64,000 nucleotides of DNA from a virus. The position numbers and the translations under genes were made by a program. Below, in pieces: positions 57,858 to 64,000 of the stretch (its first letter is position 1; every line of letters starts with the position of its first letter). The stretch spans positions 21,043 to 85,042 of the IMG/VR virus record IMGVR_UViG_3300012936_000005. The stretch is one strand, 5' to 3'. The notes beneath the pieces were generated by a model. It was not told where the DNA came from, ran no database searches, and saw only the letters and a program-made list of their open reading frames with translations.

Positions 57858-60176
57858 ATGGCAGTAAAAATAGATATACCGGGAATTGGTGAAGTACAAG
57901 CGGATAATGCGGCTTCAGAGCAAACATTACGTGAAATACTCAAAGCCTTAGGCGGTAGACCTGGTCAAATTGACGGTCAGGGAGGCGCTGGAGGTGGTAG
58001 TGGCGTAGGTCCTGAAGCTAAGAAAGCATCAAAAGAAGTCAAAAAACTAGGTACAGCTTCTAAAGATGGTGCAAGTGCTATTAATAAAATGGCATCTGCG
58101 GCTAGTAGTGTAGTTGGTGGTGCATTTAATATGATCGTAGGCACCATTGGTGCCGCGGCTGGTGCTGTTACAGGTCTTGCTACAGGCTTACTTGAAGGCA
58201 AAAACAGCATACACGAATTTACAAAGAACGTTCCCGGACTGAATATAATGACTGGGATCATCGAAAACCAGATGAACCAGTTCAAAGAACTATCATCAAT
58301 TGGTGCAGGCTTTGGCAACAATATGTTTGAAATAACACAAGTTGCAGGACAATCTGCATTATCTATGCAAACACTTGCAAAAACTATTGCTGGTAATTCA
58401 GAAGGACTAAGAATGTTTGGAGTTAGTGTGCAAGATGGTACACGAAGATTTGGTAGGCTTTCAAAAGAATTACGTACAGGAGATTTAGGTAGACAACTAT
58501 TAGGAATGGGTGTTACTACAGAAGAACTTAACGAAAATTTAATCAGTTACAACGAACTATTAGTTTCAACAGGCAGAGATAGATTTATGACTGATGCTCA
58601 GATAGCTGATGGCACAGCAAAATACTCGTTGGAACTAGATAGAATTGCAAGACTTACAGGTAAGAGTAGAAAACAGCTCGAAGAAGAAATGAGAGCTAAA
58701 AATACAGATATACGTAGACAAGCCGCTATGTCAACTATGTCCGTTGATCAAATGAATCAATTTAGAAATAACTTACAATTAGCGGCATCCAAATCACCAG
58801 AGTTTGAAGCGGCACTTGTTGATATGGCAGATGGTATTGCTAATGATCCTGTCACACAACAGTTAATGGCTAACAGTCCTACATTTAGACAGTTTGCTAA
58901 AGATATAGAAGATATGGATCCAGCGGCATTCAACAACTTCCAAAAACAAGTTGGCGACGAAATGAAAGCATTAGCACTTAGATTCAAAGACGGTGGTATT
59001 GATGCATCTATGAATAGTGCATTTGGTAGTGCATTACAAATTGCTGGACAATTACAAATGACTGTTGAAACAACTAAGTCAGCTATTGACAACGAACAGT
59101 CAGCTAGAGACAAATTAACAACTGCCGTAGGTAATAGTGTTACTACACTTGAAGATTTATCAGGTAGAACACAAGCATTACTAACAGGTACAGATGCATT
59201 CAAAGAAGCGGCAGAGGCAATAGCAGATCTAATTCCAGATTACGAAACAGCAACAGACTTATTTGAAGACAACAAACACATTGTTGAAAACGCAATGAAT
59301 GATGCCTGGGAATGGTTAAAGACAGACGGTAAAGATCTTATCGACGATGCTATAACTTTGAGTACAGATGCTTTCAAAAAAGCTGTAGAATATATGAAAG
59401 ATATATTACCAACATTAAAACAATGGGCAGACGATTTCAAAAAAGATCCTGCAGGATTTTTTAATTCTGCAATAGATAGTTTGATGGGCTATGTTTATGA
59501 TGCAATGGTGGTGTTAGGTGTTGGAATATTAGCGTTCTTTAAAGGTGGGGCTATTGTTACAGCAATTGCAACAGGTTTAAAAGGTATTGGTCTTACAATT
59601 GGTACAAAAATAATGGGCTTTATTACAGGAGCATTTGCAGTCAAAGCCGCGGCTATTGCATCAGCATTAGGAACAAGTCTTATGGCGGCTGGCGGAGCAT
59701 TACTATCATTGCCAGTTTTAATTGGAGGTGCGATTGCGGCCGCAATAGCAGGAGCATTCGTAGCTATTGATTTTGCTTTCTTTGATGGAGAAATGACAGC
59801 ATGGATTACAGAAGGAATTGGCAAAATTTGGGAAGGATTAAAAGGTTGGATGTCTGATGCATTTTCAGGAATCAAGTCATTCTTCGGATTTGGAGGCGGC
59901 GATCCTGATTCAGTAAACAGTAGTGGCGGCCCAAATAAAGAAGAAAAAGGCTGGTTTAAAAAATGGTGGGAAGGCGAAGAAGAAGCTGATAATTCATCTG
60001 CTGATACTGATAAAAACGAAGAAACGCCAGAAACAAAAGAAGCAAAAGCTCAAACCAAGACTGGAGCCGATAGTGAGCTTGCGATGTTAAATACTAATAT
60101 GTTACAGCTCATTGATTTAACTAAAAAGAATACAACAGCCGTAAAAGCTCTTAACGGCAACATAATGGCTGGATAA
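57858..60176 (+). CDS. tape-measure-like tail protein
   Basis: 772 aa, helical A/G-rich, hydrophobic segment near aa 550-640, W-spaced repeats (WITEGIGKIWEGLKGW). Confidence 0.65.
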   Translation: MAVKIDIPGIGEVQADNAASEQTLREILKALGGRPGQIDGQGGAGGGSGVGPEAKKASKEVKKLGTASKDGASAINKMASAASSVVGGAFNMIVGTIGAAAGAVTGLATGLLEGKNSIHEFTKNVPGLNIMTGIIENQMNQFKELSSIGAGFGNNMFEITQVAGQSALSMQTLAKTIAGNSEGLRMFGVSVQDGTRRFGRLSKELRTGDLGRQLLGMGVTTEELNENLISYNELLVSTGRDRFMTDAQIADGTAKYSLELDRIARLTGKSRKQLEEEMRAKNTDIRRQAAMSTMSVDQMNQFRNNLQLAASKSPEFEAALVDMADGIANDPVTQQLMANSPTFRQFAKDIEDMDPAAFNNFQKQVGDEMKALALRFKDGGIDASMNSAFGSALQIAGQLQMTVETTKSAIDNEQSARDKLTTAVGNSVTTLEDLSGRTQALLTGTDAFKEAAEAIADLIPDYETATDLFEDNKHIVENAMNDAWEWLKTDGKDLIDDAITLSTDAFKKAVEYMKDILPTLKQWADDFKKDPAGFFNSAIDSLMGYVYDAMVVLGVGILAFFKGGAIVTAIATGLKGIGLTIGTKIMGFITGAFAVKAAAIASALGTSLMAAGGALLSLPVLIGGAIAAAIAGAFVAIDFAFFDGEMTAWITEGIGKIWEGLKGWMSDAFSGIKSFFGFGGGDPDSVNSSGGPNKEEKGWFKKWWEGEEEADNSSADTDKNEETPETKEAKAQTKTGADSELAMLNTNMLQLIDLTKKNTTAVKALNGNIMAG

Positions 60177-60186
60177 GGAACAAATA

Positions 60187-61935
60187 ATGAGTTGGAAAAG
60201 ATATTTTACACCGGTAGAAGGCGAAGCAGGAACACGTAGCCCTCTTTCAGTAGGGCAAGGAACACAGCCAGGACCGGCAAGATCAAACTATTCAAGTTTT
60301 TTACCAGACGTATATACAGGCGCTCCTAATAGAGTTGAGCGTTATGGACAATATAATGTAATGGATCAAGACAGTGAAGTAAATGCGGCACTAGATATTC
60401 TAGCTGAATTTTGCTCACAACAAAATCCTATTAACAAAACTAGTTTTAGTATTGATTTTAAAAAGATGGCTACTAATTCTGAAGTAAAAGTTTTAGAACA
60501 ATATTTACAACAATGGACTAAGATGAATGATTTTGGAACACGTATGTTTAAAATTGTTCGTAATGTTTTTAAGTTTGGCGATGCTTTCTTTATCAGAGAT
60601 CCAGAAACTACAAAATGGCATCACGTTGATCCTGCAAAAGTATCAAGTATTATTGTTAACGAATCAGAAGGTAAAAAACCAGAACAATACATTATAAAAG
60701 ATATTAATCTAAACTTTGTTGACAAAGTAGCAACAACTCCATATACTACTAATGGAAATGCTACAGGCGGAGGCGACGGATACCTAACAGGTGGCGTTCG
60801 TGGTATGGTAGGAAATACTCATACGTCTGGTGCAAGTGCAGGACGCTTTGGTCACGACAAAACAAAAGAACATGCTATAAGTGCAGAACATATGGTACAT
60901 TTAAGTTTAAGCGAAGGCTTAGATAACAATGCTCCATTTGGTAACAGTTTATTAGAAGGTATATTTAAAGTATACAAACAAAAAGAATTATTAGAAGATG
61001 CTATTATTATCTACAGAACACAAAGAGCACCTGAACGTAGAGTGTTCTATGTTGATGTAGGAAATATGCCATCGCACCTAGCGATGCAGTTTGTTGAAAG
61101 AGTCAAAACTGAGATACATCAAAGAAGGATACCATCGAAGACAGGAGGCGGTACATCTGTCATAGACAGTGCTTACAATCCTTTATCAACTAATGAAGAT
61201 TACTTTTTCCCACAAACAGCAGAAGGTAGAGGATCAAAAGTTGAAACACTACCAGGCGGTACTAACTTAGGCGAAATCGACGACCTTAAATATTTTACTA
61301 ACAAACTTGTAAGAGGACTACGTATTCCTAGTTCATACTTACCAGCGGCCGCACAAGACGAAGGACAAAGTTCTTTCAATGATGGAAGAGTTGGTACAGC
61401 ATATATTCAAGAATTACGTTTTAACAAATACTGTGAGCGTTTACAAAATTTAATAGCTGAAGTGTTTAATCAAGAATTTAAACGCTATCTACTAGAAAAA
61501 GGTATAAACGTTGATATTGCAATGTTTGATTTATTATTTCAACCACCGCAAAACTTTGCAAGTTATAGACAAAGTGAATTAGATAATCAGCGTATCGGTA
61601 CGTTTGCACAGATCCAAGCTATTCCATTTATTAGTAATAGATATGCAATGAAACGTTTCTTAGGAATGAGTGATTCAGAGCTTGCAGAAAATGAACGTTA
61701 CTGGAGAGAAGAGAATGACGAAACACTGTCTGCACAACCGACAGATGCCGCAGGCGAAATGAGAGGTGCAGGAATTAGTGGAGCAGGTATTGAAAGTGAC
61801 CTAGGTGCAGGAGCAGATGTTGCACCAGAAGGTGAAGAAGGAGTTGCTACAGGAGAAACTGGAGGACCAGAATCAGTAACAACACCAGATGCAGGCGGAG
61901 GGGGAGATGCAGGCGGCGAAACGCCTCCGGCATAA
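60187..61935 (+). CDS. portal vertex protein, T4 gp20-like
   Basis: LLEDAIIIYRTQRAPERRVFYVDVGNMP, EDYFFP...GRGSKVETLPGG.NLGEIDD, ELRF.KYC.RLQ. Confidence 0.95.
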   Translation: MSWKRYFTPVEGEAGTRSPLSVGQGTQPGPARSNYSSFLPDVYTGAPNRVERYGQYNVMDQDSEVNAALDILAEFCSQQNPINKTSFSIDFKKMATNSEVKVLEQYLQQWTKMNDFGTRMFKIVRNVFKFGDAFFIRDPETTKWHHVDPAKVSSIIVNESEGKKPEQYIIKDINLNFVDKVATTPYTTNGNATGGGDGYLTGGVRGMVGNTHTSGASAGRFGHDKTKEHAISAEHMVHLSLSEGLDNNAPFGNSLLEGIFKVYKQKELLEDAIIIYRTQRAPERRVFYVDVGNMPSHLAMQFVERVKTEIHQRRIPSKTGGGTSVIDSAYNPLSTNEDYFFPQTAEGRGSKVETLPGGTNLGEIDDLKYFTNKLVRGLRIPSSYLPAAAQDEGQSSFNDGRVGTAYIQELRFNKYCERLQNLIAEVFNQEFKRYLLEKGINVDIAMFDLLFQPPQNFASYRQSELDNQRIGTFAQIQAIPFISNRYAMKRFLGMSDSELAENERYWREENDETLSAQPTDAAGEMRGAGISGAGIESDLGAGADVAPEGEEGVATGETGGPESVTTPDAGGGGDAGGETPPA

Positions 61936-61943
61936 ATACTAGC

Positions 61944-62183
61944 ATGATACTAAGAGAATTATTTTATTTTGATAAAGAAACTGTTGATCCTATTGAGGAC
62001 AAGAGCTACGATGCCACAGATGACAAGAGCATTGTTAATCGTGATGACACACGTAAAACAAGATTGACACTTAGACAAATTAATAAAGCTCGCCGGGCAT
62101 CAGAACTACACAACGAAGAGAAAGTTAAAGAATTAGAATTTGTACGTCAAATGTACGGTATTCAAGCACAACCTGAAGTATAG
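61944..62183 (+). CDS. small head-module protein
   Basis: DTRKTRLTLRQINK.R; CATAAATA 5 nt upstream of the ATG. Confidence 0.7.
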   Translation: MILRELFYFDKETVDPIEDKSYDATDDKSIVNRDDTRKTRLTLRQINKARRASELHNEEKVKELEFVRQMYGIQAQPEV

Positions 62184-62194
62184 GATGATGTATA

Positions 62195-62794
62195 ATGACT
62201 GTAGCCTTTGTGATAGGTAATGGCACGAGCCGTAAAGACATAGACTTATACCCACTTAAAAACTACGGAAAGATATATGCATGTAACGCAATGTTCAGGC
62301 ACTTTGAGCCTGATTACTTAGTCGCTGTTGATGTAAAAATGATCTTAGAAATAAACCATGCTAAATGGCAAATGGAGCACGAAGTATGGACAAATCCAAA
62401 TAAACAATTTAATGGTATGCAAGGATTCAGATATTTTCAGCCTAGCAAAGGTTGGAGTAGTGGTCCTACAGCATTATGGCTAGCAAGTACACATAAACAC
62501 GATACAATTTATATATTAGGATTTGATTTTCACGGTGAATTAGACAAACATGGCAACAGAAATGTGGTAAATAACTTGTACGCAGGAACACACAATTATA
62601 AGAAAGTTGGAGATCCTGCTACATATTTTGGTAATTGGGAGAGACAAACAGCTTCAACGTGCGATTCTCATCAAGGCAAAAGATACATAAGAGTTGTTGC
62701 CGATGATGATGACTTTGTACCGAAACAATTAAAGAAATGTACGAATTTATCTCACATAAAAGTCAGTGAGTTTAAAAGATATTATGATTTTTAG
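62195..62794 (+). CDS. Maf/CstII/MptE-like (DUF115-type) nucleotide-sugar transferase-fold protein
   Basis: FVIGNGTSR, YACNA, PDYLVAVD, SSGPTA, IYILGFDF. Confidence 0.55.
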   Translation: MTVAFVIGNGTSRKDIDLYPLKNYGKIYACNAMFRHFEPDYLVAVDVKMILEINHAKWQMEHEVWTNPNKQFNGMQGFRYFQPSKGWSSGPTALWLASTHKHDTIYILGFDFHGELDKHGNRNVVNNLYAGTHNYKKVGDPATYFGNWERQTASTCDSHQGKRYIRVVADDDDFVPKQLKKCTNLSHIKVSEFKRYYDF

Positions 62795-62805
62795 ACGGTT
62801 TGTGC

Positions 62806-62823
62806 CAAAACGAGCTCGTTTTG
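62806..62823. other. perfect 18-bp palindrome upstream of the scaffold gene
   Basis: CAAAACGAG/CTCGTTTTG. Confidence 0.8.
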
Positions 62824-62906
62824 ACGCCGTTATCCGTGTATTTTTAAATCATAGTGTAAATAATACTAGACAGCCTTACAACTTAATAAAACTATAGGAG
62901 AAAACA

Positions 62907-63911
62907 ATGGCAGACAATAAATTAGAGCAAATGCTCGAAAAACTTGTCAATAACGACCGTGCTGGCGCAGATGAGCTATTTCACGAGTTTGTTATTGAAA
63001 AGTCACGTGGTATCTATGAAAAGATGCTAGAAAACGATTTAGAAGATTTAGAAGTCGATGAAGCAAAAGACGAAGAAGTAGATGAAGCGTCTAAAGACGA
63101 AGAAACTAACGAAGCTACTGACGAAGAAGTAGATGAGGCTTCAGACGACGAAGAAACAAACGAAGCTACTGACGAAGAAGTAGATGAAGCATCAAAAGAT
63201 GAAGAAGTTGATGAAGCATCAGACGAAGACGTTGAAGAAGCTACAGACGAAAAAACAGACGAAAATTTCGGAGAAATTACACCAGAAGCTGACCCAATGG
63301 GTGGCGATGCCGCTGACGATATGATGGGTGACATCGAAGCAGATGGCGAAGAAGGTGAAGGCGACGATATGGGTGGCGATGAAGAAGAAATCGAAGACCG
63401 TGTAGTTGACCTAGAAGATGCTCTTGATGACCTAAAAGCTGAATTTGAAAAAATGATGGCTGGCGACAAAGGTGACGATGAAGGCGACGAAGATGCCGCT
63501 GACATGGACATGGATGACGAAGGTGATGAAGACAAGGAAGAAGCTATTGAAGTTCCTTCCGAACTTAGCGTAGAAGACGAAGCAATGCCATTTGAAAGCA
63601 AAGCAAAAACAGCTGGCGAACAAATGCGTGAGTACGTAGAAAAAGTTGCTGAGCCAAAAGGCGAAGACAACAAAGCGAAATCACCAGTTGCTTCAAAAAA
63701 TGACATGGGTGGAACAGCAAGTAACATAGCCGCAGGCGGCGAAGGTTCTACAAGCGGTTCAGCAATGTCCTCTAAAGAAGAAAATGCAGGTAACGTAAAT
63801 GTACCAGGCGGAAAAGCTTCTAAGAGTATGTCAAACGCTAAAGGCCATGGCGCAGAGAAAAAAGGCGCAGGCGAAACTGGAGCCAATACTAAAAGTACAA
63901 TTGGTTCTTAA
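62907..63911 (+). CDS. acidic prohead core/scaffold protein
   Basis: Extremely D/E-rich, coiled coil EDRVVDLEDALDDLKAEFEKMM, AGGAG SD, between portal and the probable protease. Confidence 0.7.
   Translation: MADNKLEQMLEKLVNNDRAGADELFHEFVIEKSRGIYEKMLENDLEDLEVDEAKDEEVDEASKDEETNEATDEEVDEASDDEETNEATDEEVDEASKDEEVDEASDEDVEEATDEKTDENFGEITPEADPMGGDAADDMMGDIEADGEEGEGDDMGGDEEEIEDRVVDLEDALDDLKAEFEKMMAGDKGDDEGDEDAADMDMDDEGDEDKEEAIEVPSELSVEDEAMPFESKAKTAGEQMREYVEKVAEPKGEDNKAKSPVASKNDMGGTASNIAAGGEGSTSGSAMSSKEENAGNVNVPGGKASKSMSNAKGHGAEKKGAGETGANTKSTIGS
63054..63263 (+). repeat. imperfect tandem repeats encoding (V/T)-(D/N/E)-E-A units
   Basis: 29-bp exact copies at 63108-63136 and 63159-63187 (51-nt period). 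Confidence 0.85.
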
Positions 63912-63931
63912 TTGAGATTAAGGAATAACAG

Positions 63932-64000
63932 ATGTTAAACTTAACTGAAACACTATCATTCGACCAAGCTAAAATGGTCGTCGAGACTACTGAAAACGAA
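63932..64000 (+). CDS. probable prohead protease (gp21-like), N-terminal fragment
   Basis: AAGGA SD; MLNLTETLSFDQAKMVVETTENE runs off the edge; assignment by synteny only. Confidence 0.45.
   Translation, partial: MLNLTETLSFDQAKMVVETTENE

Noticed and set aside
63054-63263. Possible CRISPR or guide-RNA array
   Set aside because: The repeats are in-frame coding repeats without unique spacers; no array was seen elsewhere in the window.
63014-63886. 290-aa antisense ORF
   Set aside because: Ser-rich shadow of the GAA/GAC-rich scaffold gene; no independent signals.
1-64000. Stop-codon reassignment (seen in some large phages)
   Set aside because: Long intact ORFs including 5024 aa, high coding density in the standard code, and TAA, TAG and TGA all used as apparent stops.

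Overview
AT-rich 64-kb segment of a large T4-like (myovirus-type) bacteriophage genome read in the standard code. No rRNA, tRNA, CRISPR array or IS element was seen. Left to right: (1) 1-16.1 kb, minus strand: a tightly coupled modification cluster with nine radical-SAM enzymes in three paralogous subfamilies, a nitroreductase, a kinase-like protein, a methyltransferase-like protein and four glycosyltransferase-like proteins. (2) 16.1-50.3 kb, minus strand: tail fibres, a 5024-aa giant structural protein and baseplate genes (gp6-, gp25-, PAAR, gp5 with GH19 lysin, hub, gp53-, gp48/54-like). (3) 50.4-55.1 kb, plus strand: gp55-like late sigma factor, gp47/gp46 (Mre11/Rad50-like), SufE and a small GIY-YIG nuclease, followed by a ~450-nt GC-richer, heavily base-paired non-coding element. 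(4) 55.6-64 kb: a gp26-like chaperone carrying a strong -1 frameshift signal, a tape-measure-like protein, portal, a Maf/CstII-like transferase, an acidic scaffold and the start of a probable prohead protease. The best candidates for new biology are the GIY-YIG plus large structured RNA unit, the late-expressed radical-SAM/glycosyltransferase (probable virion-decoration) system with its own SufE, the programmed frameshift, and recurrent leaderless late transcripts. All product calls come from motif recognition by eye; no database searches were run.
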